Shown: piece after piece, positions 1 to 12,352 of the stretch
How positions within the stretch are numbered: position 1 is the first letter of the stretch
Layout: each line of letters begins with the position of its first letter
NCBI GenBank assembly: GCA_050951325.1
Contig: JBMNIW010000003.1
Location: forward strand, 1-64,000
DNA length: 64,000 nt
Source: Clostridia bacterium
GTDB lineage: Bacteria; Bacillota; Clostridia; UBA1212; DUPL01
Direction of reading: 5' to 3'
Position numbers and translations under genes: made by a program
The notes under the pieces: generated by a model
Databases searched by the model: none
What the model was told of the DNA's origin: nothing
What the model saw: the letters and a program-made list of their open reading frames with translations, nothing else

Positions 1-189
1 GACTTCAACAAATTTGAAAAGCCTGTGTTCGTCAAGACTGTCCCTATGTTTATAGGCTAAATAATAATAATTTTTTGTTGGTATTAGTGATATAAAATGG
101 CCATTAAATCCAAAACCATGAACGCATTTATAAGTATCTAATAGTGCCTCGGATAGTTCTAAAGCATCTAAATTCTTAATTTCACGCAT
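1..189 (-). CDS. Hypothetical protein, runs off the left edge of the window (MREIKNLDALELSEALLDTYKCVHGFGFNGHFISLIPTKNYYYLAYKHRDSLDEHRLFKFVEV...)
   Basis: Own translation: strong RBS (GGAGGGG) before the ATG at 189 and 63 open codons to the window edge; not in the ORF track because it is truncated. Confidence 0.7.
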   Translation of the reverse strand, partial: MREIKNLDALELSEALLDTYKCVHGFGFNGHFISLIPTKNYYYLAYKHRDSLDEHRLFKFVEV

Positions 190-327
190 TACATCCCCTC
201 CTGTTCTCTGATTTTTTAAAGCGTGTACAGTGTACCATCACTTTCTTATAACTTCTAGACTTGATATCTGTTTGTTGCATGAAACTATAATTTTTCATCC
301 TTTTATTTTACATCTGCAACAAAAATA

Positions 328-358
328 AAAGCCAAGGGCAAATTTTGCCTTTGACTTT
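328..358 (-). terminator. Probable intrinsic terminator downstream of brxL
   Basis: Imperfect hairpin aaagccaagggc-aaattt-tgcctttgacttt with a U-rich tail on the minus strand, ~40 bp after the brxL stop. Confidence 0.6.
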
Positions 359-396
359 AATATTGCATAAACTATATTTAACTCCATTTATATATG

Positions 397-2439
397 TTAT
401 TCAACTCCCAATGCTTTGTATACTGCATCTTCAGGGCTTTGGTAAAAAGATATCTGAAATTTAGAGAATAATTCTGGCGGAACTGTGTTAATGTCTGCGG
501 CAGAAGCCATAGGTAGGAGTACTTTTTTCGCTCCTGCATCAAAACAAACTTGAAGTGTAGATGCCAGTTCCTCCACCTTATTAATGGTTCCCCCTATGCT
601 CATTGAGCCCAATACCACCAGTTGACTTAATACAGGTTTTTTTAATGCTCCAGAACAAAGGGCAATAAAGGCTGCTAATGTCAATTGAGAAGTCATACCA
701 ATTCCCTGCAAATCTTGAACATGCATTAAAAAGTCATTGTTGTTTAAAGAAATTGCTCCACTAATATTCTTTTTGTTTGCTTTAAAATAGTTAAAGGCAG
801 TATTTAAATTCTCCCTTGCTTCCCTACTAGTCCCCAATCCTGTTCTTTCAAATTTTCCTGTTCCAGAGACAACCTCTGTTTCTATTTTATATACTCCAAT
901 CATACCTGAATCACCATGGGCAACTGTATATATATGGCCTGGTTTTCCCATCCCTTCAGGTATCAGTTTGTCGCCACCTTGTTCCGGAACCGATACGAAT
1001 TCTTCCTCAAAGGTTTCATTATCTATGTAGGAAAAATGAACATCGTAAAACTCCATGCCACCAATTTTCTTTAATTGTTCTTTTACTCGTCTTCTTCCAA
1101 CTAAGGCATACCTTAGGATTTCCTCTATATCTTCTTTATTAAATTCCCCATGGGGATAAATTAATTTGATCAGTCCTGATACAGTTTTCCTTACCGCAAT
1201 AACATCTCTTTGGTTTAGGTTGTTGCCAAGTCTAAAGTATTTATCTATACTATCGCCATAGGATCTTTTTCTCATTTCCCTAAAAAACTCTGCAATATAG
1301 TCAGTAATAAAGCCATATTCGTGAGTGAAAAACTCTGGTCTATATTTAGGTATTTCCCAGCCGGGAATATAACAGTGCATCCTGTCAAAAAAAGCCGAGT
1401 CGTAAGCCATTGCCTCTGGAAATGGTTCAAATAAATGGGATGTTTTTAAAAGAACGTCCACAGATTGATTGATGTTACCAACAAAAACCATAGAGGCAGA
1501 AGCATTCTTCAATTCTTTTCCCCTGGCAAACGAACCTGAAGCCATATAATCCTTCATAATCTGAATACCATCTTTATCTTTAAAGGTAATTCCAGCCACT
1601 TCATCAAAGGCTACTACATCCCATAAGCCGACTAATCCGACTTTTCTGGTGTTCATATTGTAAAATAAATTGGCTACAGTAGTTTGTCCCCCGGATATTA
1701 GAATAGAGTTGGGGGATATTTCCTTATATATATGAGATTTACCTGTCCCTCTTGGCCCCAATTCACAGAGATTATAGTTGTTCTCAACAAGAGGAATCAT
1801 TCGGGCAAGAAGGTGCCACTTAACTTTTTCCTCTAATTGAGTAGGTTCCATGCCCACGGATCTTAAAAGGATATCAATCCATTCATCCTTGGTAAAATAT
1901 TTTCTTCCACTCAATATCTCATCCATATCCAAGTTTGGAATTTGAATGGGTTTCAAACTATTTATAATAAAAGGGTTCGCATTCCTTAACTCTTCGTCAT
2001 AATAGTATTGAATTTTAAGAATACACCATATACCGCCAGCAAGAAGTTTCTCAAATTCTTTCACATAATTCGCTTCTACTTCTACGCCCTTTAACCCTAA
2101 ATTAGAAAACTCTGCCTCATAAACGTCTCTCTTTTCATTGAGCCTTACGGTCAACTTATCAATGACTGTATACTGACCTAATTCTCGAATTTTGGATTTA
2201 ATCTTTTCCGCTTCATCTGGCCTAACATAATTTTCTGCAAGTATTGCTTTTACTCTATTAACTCCTTCATTTATGGAATCCTCATCATCAGTAGCACAAT
2301 ACATGCCAAGTAAATATTCAAGGACGTATATGGGGACATTTGCCCCTTCTTTTATTTTTTGAGTTAGATCCTTACGGACAACCCTGCCCGGAAAGTATTG
2401 ATTCAATTTTTTATTTAAATCTCTATTCTCCCTGTCCAC
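397..2439 (-). CDS. brxL: BREX system Lon-related AAA+ protein BrxL
   Basis: 680 aa; N-terminal GRVVRKDL...NVPIYVLEYLLG, Walker A GPRGTGKS, Walker B VAFDE, C-terminal Lon-like domain; last gene of the BREX operon. Confidence 0.95.
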   Translation of the reverse strand: MDRENRDLNKKLNQYFPGRVVRKDLTQKIKEGANVPIYVLEYLLGMYCATDDEDSINEGVNRVKAILAENYVRPDEAEKIKSKIRELGQYTVIDKLTVRLNEKRDVYEAEFSNLGLKGVEVEANYVKEFEKLLAGGIWCILKIQYYYDEELRNANPFIINSLKPIQIPNLDMDEILSGRKYFTKDEWIDILLRSVGMEPTQLEEKVKWHLLARMIPLVENNYNLCELGPRGTGKSHIYKEISPNSILISGGQTTVANLFYNMNTRKVGLVGLWDVVAFDEVAGITFKDKDGIQIMKDYMASGSFARGKELKNASASMVFVGNINQSVDVLLKTSHLFEPFPEAMAYDSAFFDRMHCYIPGWEIPKYRPEFFTHEYGFITDYIAEFFREMRKRSYGDSIDKYFRLGNNLNQRDVIAVRKTVSGLIKLIYPHGEFNKEDIEEILRYALVGRRRVKEQLKKIGGMEFYDVHFSYIDNETFEEEFVSVPEQGGDKLIPEGMGKPGHIYTVAHGDSGMIGVYKIETEVVSGTGKFERTGLGTSREARENLNTAFNYFKANKKNISGAISLNNNDFLMHVQDLQGIGMTSQLTLAAFIALCSGALKKPVLSQLVVLGSMSIGGTINKVEELASTLQVCFDAGAKKVLLPMASAADINTVPPELFSKFQISFYQSPEDAVYKALGVE

Positions 2440-2463
2440 TGCCTTTTCACCACCTTTGCAATT

Positions 2464-5019
2464 TTATAAACCAAAGTCATCTGTAAATAGCAAATCTATC
2501 GTAAAAGGTATTCGCTCATATATTTTTTCTACTGTTTCATCTTCATCTTCTAAAATTAAATAATATTCCTTGTTCTTGTCATAAGCCATATCCCTTAATG
2601 TAAACTTCTCTCTATAAGTGCGGTTTTCAGGGTTTTTCGACCTACTATCAGCAATTATAATGTTTTCATTAGAGATACGGTTACCTTCTTTATCTACAAA
2701 ATAAAGTTTTAGTTTTAATGGCACTTTCTTTTCGTCTACCACTTCTGTTTGGAAAAACTCCAAATAGGTAATTCTATTTGTAATCTTCCTTGAAATATTG
2801 GTTAACTTCACTTCGACCTTAGTGGCTTTATACTCATCTTTACGGATATTCTTAAATCTTATTACAGGAACAATTATCTCCTGCAAAGATGCTCCACCAT
2901 GGACATAATTGGCTCCTGCCCCTTGAACCTTGTATCTAATCATACCTTTTGGAACAATGGCTTTTAATTTTGTCTCCTGTCCCAAAAGATATTTCATAGA
3001 AATAGGTAATGTATCTGGAATATCTTCATCAATTTCTGCAAGCATATATCTCCTGCCGGCATCTATGGTTTCAGCATCAAATCTGCTAATCTTGTCTACT
3101 TCTGTTAATTGGGAACGCCTGTATATGAAACCATGATCTGCAGTAATTATTATGTTTGTAGCACTTACATGGTTTATTAGGTTTTTGATTAGCGATACTA
3201 AATCTTCAAAAGCCTTTTCTACGGCATCAAAAACCTCTCTTTCCGTCTGAGGCACTTCTCCAACGGCATCTATTGTGTCATGGTATATATAAATTAGTTT
3301 TTTCCCTTCAAAGGCTTCCTTGTAATCTGCCCTACGCATATCTACCATGTCACTAAATGATATTGTCTGAGTATTATCACTATAATTGGCGATTATTTTT
3401 CCTCTATTTGCTGTCCCCTGGGTACTTATACCGTCAATAATAATATCTGATTTATCATTTACTACCAATTCCTTTCTTGGTAGTAAACTTGCCATACCAT
3501 ATTTTGTAGTTGAAGGGATGACTCCTTGCATAAACCCAATCTCTGCCATACCCCTCACCTCTTTATTAATTAGATTAAGGAGTTCTTTTGCTGCTTCATA
3601 TCTTAAAGCATCGGAAATGATTACAAATACTCTTTCGTTATTCCTTGTAAATGGAGAAACAATGTCTTTGTAAAAATCCCTTTGTTGTTTAATACCTACT
3701 AAAGAGTATTCTTCTAACATTTCCTCCTGAACCGCTGCGGACCATTTTATTGAGAGTTCATTCAGATACCAATGGGTATAGGTGTTTTCAACTTTCCTTG
3801 CAAGTTTTTCAAAAGGATCTTTGTCAGTAACTTTATCGTAATGAAGATAAAACTTCCTGTAGAAATAGTCCATTAAATAATATTCTTTAGTATAAGCAGT
3901 AATCAAATCATGGGCAGTTTCAGCCTTAATAACTCCACCAATTCTCTTTTCCATTTCAAGGAGTTCATTAGCAAAGTATAAGGCTTCATATTCATTTCTA
4001 TAGGTTTCAAACCAATGGCTTGTCCTTCTTTTATTGATTAATTTACGGTATCTATCAAATTCTCCGACACCTTCTACTAAGTTCCCAATTATCCTTTCCA
4101 TTATTGCTTCATCAAAAGCCCTCAATGTATCACATTCAATATATTTATCTATATCCCATTTATCTAAATAACCTTTTACATTTAATGTTTCCTGGGCTTT
4201 ATCTGCCAGTAAATCGTAGTATTTACCATCAGTGGAATGATTCATGAAGTTGCTTATAAATACTATGGCATCTGACCTTTTAGGAGATACATACTCTTCC
4301 CATGTAGTTGGCATATCCTCTTCGAGAGTATAAGATAAGTGAGTAACAAGAAGCATAATCGTTAATTTTTCTAATGATCTCTCCTCGAAACTATAGCCAT
4401 ATCTTTTCTCAACTAAATCCCAAAAGGCATCTATATTACCAAAGTTCTCAATAGCCTCTAGATATTTATTTTCTCCTTCTAATTCCTCAATCAAAACCTT
4501 TTTTACAACTTGTTCAAAATCTGCTACAGGTAATCTGCATAGAGTAGATAGAACTGCTATATCTACCTTTTCTTTAGTAAATTTATCTATATGGTAGGAG
4601 GCAAACTTTCTATATCTTTCTTTATTCCCAAAGAATTTTAGATAACCCTTGAAAACATTTCTTAATGAAGGATCCCCCACCTTGAAATCCCTCATTATTA
4701 AGGTTGCCTTGTCAGTTGAAAACTCCTCACTATATTTCAGAATATCCAACAGCCAATTATCCCGTGGCATTGGTTTAGATGAAGGAGAATATAAGAGATA
4801 ATTAGATTCAATATCTTCTTTTTCAAGAAGATACTTTATATGGAAGGAATTATTATCAGCAAGTTTAATAATCTTGGCATTATCCAATTTAAGTTCGTCA
4901 ATATCTTCAGCAAATTCACCCTCATCGTCATACCAAAAAACAATATGTCTCTTTTTCCCATCCATAGGTTCTTTATTAAAGATTTCTTCTAACCTTTTTT
5001 TAACTTCTAATAAATTCAT
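2464..5019 (-). CDS. pglZ: BREX-1 PglZ alkaline-phosphatase-superfamily protein
   Basis: 851 aa; IVFWYD N-terminus, ISDALRYE, PSTTKYGMASLLP, TADHGF and YVHGGASLQEIIVP motifs. Confidence 0.95.
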   Translation of the reverse strand: MNLLEVKKRLEEIFNKEPMDGKKRHIVFWYDDEGEFAEDIDELKLDNAKIIKLADNNSFHIKYLLEKEDIESNYLLYSPSSKPMPRDNWLLDILKYSEEFSTDKATLIMRDFKVGDPSLRNVFKGYLKFFGNKERYRKFASYHIDKFTKEKVDIAVLSTLCRLPVADFEQVVKKVLIEELEGENKYLEAIENFGNIDAFWDLVEKRYGYSFEERSLEKLTIMLLVTHLSYTLEEDMPTTWEEYVSPKRSDAIVFISNFMNHSTDGKYYDLLADKAQETLNVKGYLDKWDIDKYIECDTLRAFDEAIMERIIGNLVEGVGEFDRYRKLINKRRTSHWFETYRNEYEALYFANELLEMEKRIGGVIKAETAHDLITAYTKEYYLMDYFYRKFYLHYDKVTDKDPFEKLARKVENTYTHWYLNELSIKWSAAVQEEMLEEYSLVGIKQQRDFYKDIVSPFTRNNERVFVIISDALRYEAAKELLNLINKEVRGMAEIGFMQGVIPSTTKYGMASLLPRKELVVNDKSDIIIDGISTQGTANRGKIIANYSDNTQTISFSDMVDMRRADYKEAFEGKKLIYIYHDTIDAVGEVPQTEREVFDAVEKAFEDLVSLIKNLINHVSATNIIITADHGFIYRRSQLTEVDKISRFDAETIDAGRRYMLAEIDEDIPDTLPISMKYLLGQETKLKAIVPKGMIRYKVQGAGANYVHGGASLQEIIVPVIRFKNIRKDEYKATKVEVKLTNISRKITNRITYLEFFQTEVVDEKKVPLKLKLYFVDKEGNRISNENIIIADSRSKNPENRTYREKFTLRDMAYDKNKEYYLILEDEDETVEKIYERIPFTIDLLFTDDFGL

Positions 5020-5032
5020 ATGTTCACCTACT

Positions 5033-8000
5033 TTATATCTTTGCTAATAAATCTGCTTTCAGCGGCTTTCTGCCTTTCCCTTGAGGTATCTCCACCCCTT
5101 GGAATTTAGCATAATTAACTTTAACACCATCATCTAAATCAATCTCAATCCTTTGATTGGCCATATGGGCTATGGCCTCATCATATAACCTACATTCCTC
5201 AATCTGCTTTAAAATTGTCTCTTTCTTTTTCCTTGCAGCAGCCTTTTCCCTTTGAGAGATATCCGAATCTATTAAAATATCTAAGTGACTTACTTCTGCT
5301 TCATACTTTTTCTGTAAACTATGCAAATAATCGGTCCTTACCCTTGCAACAGTAGAAGGATCGTAGCGGTGCATGTAAATAAGGGCTTTAAACCCATCCT
5401 GCCTTCCACTATCAAAGAGCCAATAAATAGGTCGCTTTTTATATGTTCTTACATGGTCTTTATAAAAGTCCTTTAGAAAGTATCTTCTGATAGCCTGTCT
5501 TGAAGTTTCATTGGCCTTCCTACCTAAAGTTTCAGCAATGTAATCTAGATTCTCCTCCAATGTTTCTTCACCAAAAGATACCTTTACAAAGTCTACAAAA
5601 CGCTCCAGAATACCATCTTCAAAATAATCTCCATCTACAATAGGAATAACATTATGTTCTACTATGTTTACCCTCGACTTTTTCCAACCTTCTTTAGTCT
5701 TAATCTCCCATTGTCCATCACGTAGCCTGAACTTATCATCAAAATCTCCACCAGCATATATTAGACCTTCTTCATCTAAAGAGTAGCGTCCAAACATACA
5801 GCCAACAGCATAAGAGATAAAGGATTTTATAACATCTTCTCTTGTAAGTACATAATTATTTCCCTTCATACTCTCTGGTATATCTTCTTTAGAATCATAT
5901 ATTCTTGTAATGGTTACATCTTTGTCATCTACATCGGGAGTTAGTTCATCCTGGAGTCCGTAGATATCTATGAAAATTCGGTTTAGTTCTTCTTCGTTGG
6001 CCTTAAGTTGGTTAAATTGTTGGTTAGCAAAGGCTGACCAGTTGTTAAAGGCTCCTTCTATGATATCTGCTTCATTTTTATGGTTAATAAAGGATGATTT
6101 TTAAAGTCCCAAGAGGTTTCGAAGGAATCCCAATCGGAACGGGCAATATTGATATTATGCTGAACCACTACGCTTAATAATTCATCATCAAATATGCTTT
6201 CCACTACAGGAGTAAGCCCCAGTGAAATAAGATTAAAATCCAATGTTGGTGCTGTAAACTGAAAAAACATTTCCGCAACCCTAGAATTTAATAAACCTAA
6301 TAGGATAAAAATATTTTTGGCTTCATAAACGTAGCAAAGTGGCCCTTTACTATCACATAAAAATCCTTCCTCGCAATACCTAGCATTAAATTTATTTGTC
6401 AAAGCAGACCAGGTAATACCTTTTTTAAAATAAAATGAGGGATCCCTTAGCCTATAATTGTTGTTTTTACCTGAGTATTTGATTTCATACCCCTTGTTTT
6501 GCATATTTACAACATAATATAAGTTTCCATACCACTTCCTTATTTCCCCACCTTTATTATATGGATACCATCTAGTGTGTTTACTAATAGTATCCTCAAC
6601 ATTATCACACATGAAATTTATCTTTTTTATTTCAATTTCATGCCAAAATCTCAGAAATAATTCATTATTTCCGGTCATTATTCCCGACTTAGGTTCCGCA
6701 AATTTTATGAGGCTATTAGAATTGCTATAAATTTCATAAATTCGTCTGCTAGTCCAATATGCTATAGGCTTTCCAGGTATTTTATTGAAACTATCACTGG
6801 CACAACTGAATCTATATATTGTATTGCTATTTGATATTGATTCCACAGCCTTGGATTCTTTTTGCTGGGCATTACCAAACTCCACCAACCTTATATAAGG
6901 TGCTTCATACTTATTTATCCTTTTGTTTCTTAATACAAATGCAGTTGATTGAACAACTTCCCCCCCAATTTCTTCAAACGTTCTTGTTCCCAAATGCAAC
7001 ATGTTATAGATAGTCTTATTTAATAAGATGTATTCCCTTAATCCTTCGAACGATGTTAAAAACATCCATGCTTGTTGATTTATCATGGCAATATAACCCC
7101 TATTATTTGCGAATCCTAGTTCCATAAACACTGAGAATAAATCACTTTTGCTATTAGTATATTTATCATCAATATACCTAGCCAGTCGTGGACTCATACC
7201 CCTCCTTCCCATATAGGGCGGATTAGTACAAACCACATCATACTTCTGACTCATTATCTTCGCTTGTTGGATCAGTGGGGGAATTTTCTCCAATATTACC
7301 TCTTTATATTGGAGTTCAAATATATCTTCTGGAGCATTATTCCTTATTTCTTCAATTCTGTTTTCTAAGGCCTCAAAATCTATTTCCTTAACATCAAGGA
7401 TTGAACCATATTCCTTAGCATCATGGAAGACTTCAATTAAGTACTCAATATCTTCTCTATGGAAATGCTTCTCTATTTCTGTTTCCTTGGAACTAACCAA
7501 GTATTCGATAGCATCTTTGGGGATATCGTTACTTTCTTGGATAGAGCATAGGTTCATCTGTGGTTTATTTCTAAATATCCTTCTGTTTTTACTTCTTGCC
7601 TTCATGAGAAGGGCAAAGGAGGCCAGTTGGCCTGCACGATCATCTATATCAAGGCCATAAAGATTCTTTTCTAAAATAAGGCTTGGTATCTCCCTTTCTG
7701 AATAACCCGCTGATAAATATATCTCATATAGAAGGTCAAAAGCATAAACTAAAATATGGCCACTGCCCATGGCAGGATCCAATACTTTAATATCTTCTGG
7801 ATTTAAGTTGGGGTCTTTGAGTTCATCTAATTGTTTTTGAACTTCAGGTTCTTGTTCTGCTTCTTCCAAATAATATTTCCACTGAGCCTTTAATTCTTCA
7901 TTTGGATGGGATTCCAGCCATAGCCTACCTAATGAATTCTCTACCATATACTTTACTATCCATTTAGGTGTAAAGAGTTGGGTAGCAGCAGGGATATTTT

Positions 8001-8763
8001 CCTTTGTAATCTTCTTATTCTTTTTAAGGCCTGCAAAAACTTCGTCTTTCTTTTCAGAAATATAATACTGATATAGCCAACCAATAATTTCTATACCGTG
8101 TTCTCCCTTTTCTTCTTCCTGCTTCTGTTCTTCCTCATTCAGTTCTATTTTCCAATCATATTCCTCTATTTCTTCCACTAAATCTCTGATTACAGAGCCT
8201 TCAGCAAGAAGTTTGTCAGGAAGGAGTAATTCCGTATAATCAGCGATTTCCTCAAACACAGAAGGCATAATTTTTCCTAATTGATTGCATTGCTTAACTA
8301 GCAAATATCTATATAAATCCTCTGTATCGTTACTGTCTTGAAGTCTATACACTATTTCAGGATCAAGATCTAAATCTATGTTTAGAGCCTCTTGGATAAT
8401 ATCAGGCTCAGTCTTACCTTCTTCTATTGAGGATAGTACCCTAACCCCAGTAGGAAGATAGTTGTTAACTTCCATAAAACGCAGAGCAATAAAACGGTTA
8501 AACCATGTATAGGCAACCTCTTCTATAACTTGGTCAAAACCCTTATGTTTAATATTTTGAATTAACTTATCACGCTGCTTTAATTCATATTTCTTAAAGG
8601 TTTTCCCGTTTTCTCTACCCTTTACTCTAAAACCACCCTCAAAGGTTTCGATATCTAAGATTTTATCTTTTGTTATCCCTATCTCATAGGCCTTATGGGT
8701 TATATCTTCTATTAGTTTACGCCTTGCTTTTACCGCAAAGTTTCTGATGGCTGTTTTATCCAT
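5033..8763 (-). pseudogene. pglX: BREX-1 adenine methyltransferase PglX (BrxX), split by a 1-nt-deficit frameshift near 6075-6084
   Basis: ORF 6058..8763 has ATQLFTPKWIV, motif I DPAMGSG and motif IV NPPY; after ...DFKNHPLL the PglX-like sequence continues in another frame ([15 protein letters not shown]...[18 protein letters not shown]) straight into ORF 5033..5869 ([19 protein letters not shown]). Confidence 0.9.
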
Positions 8764-8780
8764 TATATCCCCTCCTCAAC

Positions 8781-11700
8781 TTAAATTAATTTCAATATGG
8801 TATTTTCCTTTAGTTCCATTTTTAATTGCTTTCTTAAATAATCAAGAAGTTCTTCTATATCTTCTTCACTTTCAATGGTTTTTGCACCATGGAATATATT
8901 TGCTATGCTTATATTGACAGTTTTTTTGGTGATGTATGAACCCATTATCTTCTCCAGTTGTATCTGGTTGTTTTTCACTGTCCCTTTCTTTTCTCTTTTC
9001 CAAGGCAGTCTTCTTGATTCCCTCAAAGCATCTCATTTTCAGTCTGTCTGACTCTTCTTTCATAGCAATGGCTTCATAGAAATTGTGGGATGAATCTAAT
9101 CTGTCCAAAAGTTCCCTAAACTTATTGCTAAACGCACCTGCCAATTCATCCTTAAAATCATATAATTCAAGTTCATCCTTAACCTTGTTCCAATCACTTT
9201 CTATTACAGCCCTTACAGGTTTACACTCTTCTTCTAACAAGATAGTAAATCTGCTAACAAACTCATTTATTAGGTTAGGCAGTCTTGAAATCTGATTATA
9301 TGGTTTTGGTGATTTAACTATTGTTTCTATTTCCTTAACGATATTTATGGTCTCCGGATCTAAAACATAGGTTTTATTCTTTTCATATATATCAAGTTGT
9401 TTAAGGGCTTTATCAAACTGGTCTCTTTGGTTTTTAAAGAATTTTTTAACGTCAAAAACTTCTTCCTCATAGTCTAATAATTCGTCTTTTACTTCATATA
9501 GTTTTTCAAAGAAGGCTGTAGCATCATTAATCTGCAAAATCTCCTTGAAGAGTTTCTTGCCTCTTTCCAGCACATCTTTACCCGGATAGTTTTTGTCTTC
9601 ATAACGAACTAATAGTTCCCTGATTTTTGACAGTTCATAGTTTGATAACTCCTTGAAACGCCTCATTAATCCATCTTCATCCCCTGGCACTGATGCGTAG
9701 TTGAAAACTTCTCTAATCAACATCCTGGCATTATTTAAATACTTTTCAGGGGTTTTAGTTCTTTTCTTTATTAGCAATCTATCTATATAATCTTTTTTCG
9801 TCATATATTGGATTAGGTTTTTATCCGAAGGATTAATATATTCGCTACCTAATTGTATCTTAATTTCCTGTGCTCTAAATAATCTAATCACTAACCCCCT
9901 GATATCATCTGGCAGCCAGCCATAAGGCGGTTTATCATATAGTTCCAATAGAGTTTTCATAGTTACAGGAATATGCCGTTGGGTGTTTCTTTCGATATAG
10001 TGGAGCATTTCATCTATGGCTAGTTTGTTTGGGATTTCTTCTTCCCCAAATATATTTATCTGGATATTTTCATCAAACAGCAGGTCATGAAGTTCTTTGG
10101 TGCTTTCAATAAAATCAGTAATATAGTTTAACTTGTCATAGATATTTTCAATAAGTACTTTCAGCCCACTGTTTATTCTTTCAACAGGATTTTTTGATTT
10201 TATATCAATTTTTTGCATATTTACATAGAAGTCTGCTTCTTGCAATGCTTCCTTAAGTAAGGATACAACTCTGTCCTTTCGCTCAGCAACTTCTCTTGAT
10301 TTTCTTATCTTTATTTCTTCAATTTCTTCCGTTTGTATAGTACCTGCTTTCCTTGTAAGGTAGGTCTGTATCTTTAATATATTCTCCATCTCTTCAAGGA
10401 AAGAAGTATCTTGAGGTAGTTTAATTATTAGATTATTTTCTCTGGCTGACATCATTCTTAATTCATGGTCAGTAAGTTCAACACCAGTATCATAATAAGG
10501 GGTAATTACTTTTACTCCTATATCGTGTTTTTGGGAGGACATATACCTATCGTCTATGATTTTGTTAAAATCAAAATGGTATCTAACGTTATAGCGAAAC
10601 TTCTTTTCACTGTAAATTCCTGTGTATATTTCCTCACCAATCTTCAATATTATCTCACTGATATCAATTGAAATATTTTGTATTTCTTTATTTACATCCT
10701 GTTCTTCATGAGTTAAGAAGATATACTCATTTCCATTTTTCTGAACCAGTGTCTCTTTTACAAGCCTGTCCAAAGATGCTTCTATTTTTTTCTTTAATTC
10801 AATTTTGTCTTCGTCAATATTTGAAACCATTAATGTTGCAATGTTTTCCAAGTTCTTTGGCATTTCTTTTACCCATTTTATTAAAAATAGGACCTTCAGT
10901 ACTTCTACATCCATACTACTGAGCCTATCGTTATCTTCTGCATGAATAAAAACTGTCCTAATATTGTGGTCTAGGAAAGTTTCTATAGTTTCGTAGAATG
11001 CAAAAAAAGGCACTAATGCTCCCACTTCTTTATCCATATATTTGATAGCAGCCTCTTGGAATGCAGATAAAAGAGACCTCTCTCCTTCTGAAAGATGTTT
11101 TCCACTAGCACCATGCTGTCTAATTGCTGTAAAAACAGACTGCAGTAATCTAAATTGATAAGGTATAAAAGGGTACACATCTATAAAGTCTTCTGCTGTT
11201 TTAAAAATTTTCATTTCCGGTGTATCAGCGGAAAAGGTGATAAGGTTTTTTATAATTGCTTCCTTGTCTGCATAGTAGAGTTTTAAAGTCTCTTTAGCGG
11301 TTTCGTTTTTATAAAGGATTCTCCTTTTAATTACTTCATCCACGTTGGCACTGGATAAACTAAGCCTTGTATTAAATCTACCTTGGATTTTAGAAAAGTC
11401 ATTACCCCTTACCTTCGTAACAGTATCTATATCTTGCTGTGAGGTTACAATAACCCACGCTTTACCCCCACAATAAGTTCCTAAATCTTCAACAACTGTC
11501 TGCAGGTTAAGCATTAAACCTACATCATCCCCTATGTATTGACCCATCTCATCCACCAAAAAGATGACATGGTGCTCTCTGTCCTTGGACTCAATATATT
11601 CTTTTACTTTATTAGCGAACTTTTCAACACTTAAAGAGTAGTTATCTTCAGCCTTGTTGTACCAATTTCGGGCTGCTTCTATACTCATTTTAGTTGTATC

Positions 11701-12336
11701 TGCTAAAGCCTTTACTATATTATCTTCTTCAAAATAAAAATCTTCTCTTGCTTCAATCCATGATTCCCCTGATAATTCCTCAAATCTTGACTTAAAGGCT
11801 TCATAAGAACCTTCTTTAACCATTTGTGCTTCAAGATCTGCAAGCCATGGCAAAGACCCGCAGAAACCTTGCATTTCATTGAACACTTTATTGAATACAT
11901 TAACTATTGATTCCTTATTAGTTCTAGAATCTGAATCGGCTTTTGAATCTATGTTAAATAAAATAACATCGGCACTTACATCCCCTGAGGCTTTGATATC
12001 TGCTAAAACAGAAGCATCCTCTATTTTATCGTCAAAATAGGATATAGCACGTTTACCCTTTACCTCTTTATTCTCAAGAAGATAAGATAAAATCTTTAAG
12101 AAATGGGATTTACCAGAACCAAAGAATCCTGATATCCAGACTCCCATTTTGTCAGTATAATTATTAATCGCTTCTCTGTAGGCCTCAAAAAAAGTGCTAA
12201 AATGTCTAGCCAATTCTCTAGTAACTACATATTCCTCTAACTCTTGATGAACATTTGCCTCATCATCTTGTCCAATCTTAATAACGCCCTTAATAGGTCT
12301 ATCAATTTCCTTATAAAACATTTTCTTTAATTTCAT
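8781..12336 (-). pseudogene. brxC: BREX P-loop ATPase BrxC, with a frameshift ~50 codons before the likely natural C-terminus
   Basis: Walker A GFFGSGKS, Walker B FLVDE, DFSKIQGRF, YPFIPYQF; the BrxC-like tail (SYITKKTVNIS...ESEEDIEELLDYLRKQLK...) is in the frame of ORF 8781..9026, which ends just before the pglX RBS. Confidence 0.85.
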
Positions 12337-12352
12337 AGTCCAATTCCCTCCC

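Noticed and set aside
5033-5869. Independent 278-aa gene between pglX and pglZ
   Set aside because: It is the PglX C-terminus; the frame stays open upstream to the frameshift.
6058-6110. Programmed -1 ribosomal frameshift in pglX
   Set aside because: No in-frame canonical X-XXY-YYZ slippery heptamer in the overlap window.
8781-9026. Independent 81-aa gene
   Set aside because: It holds the frameshifted BrxC tail.
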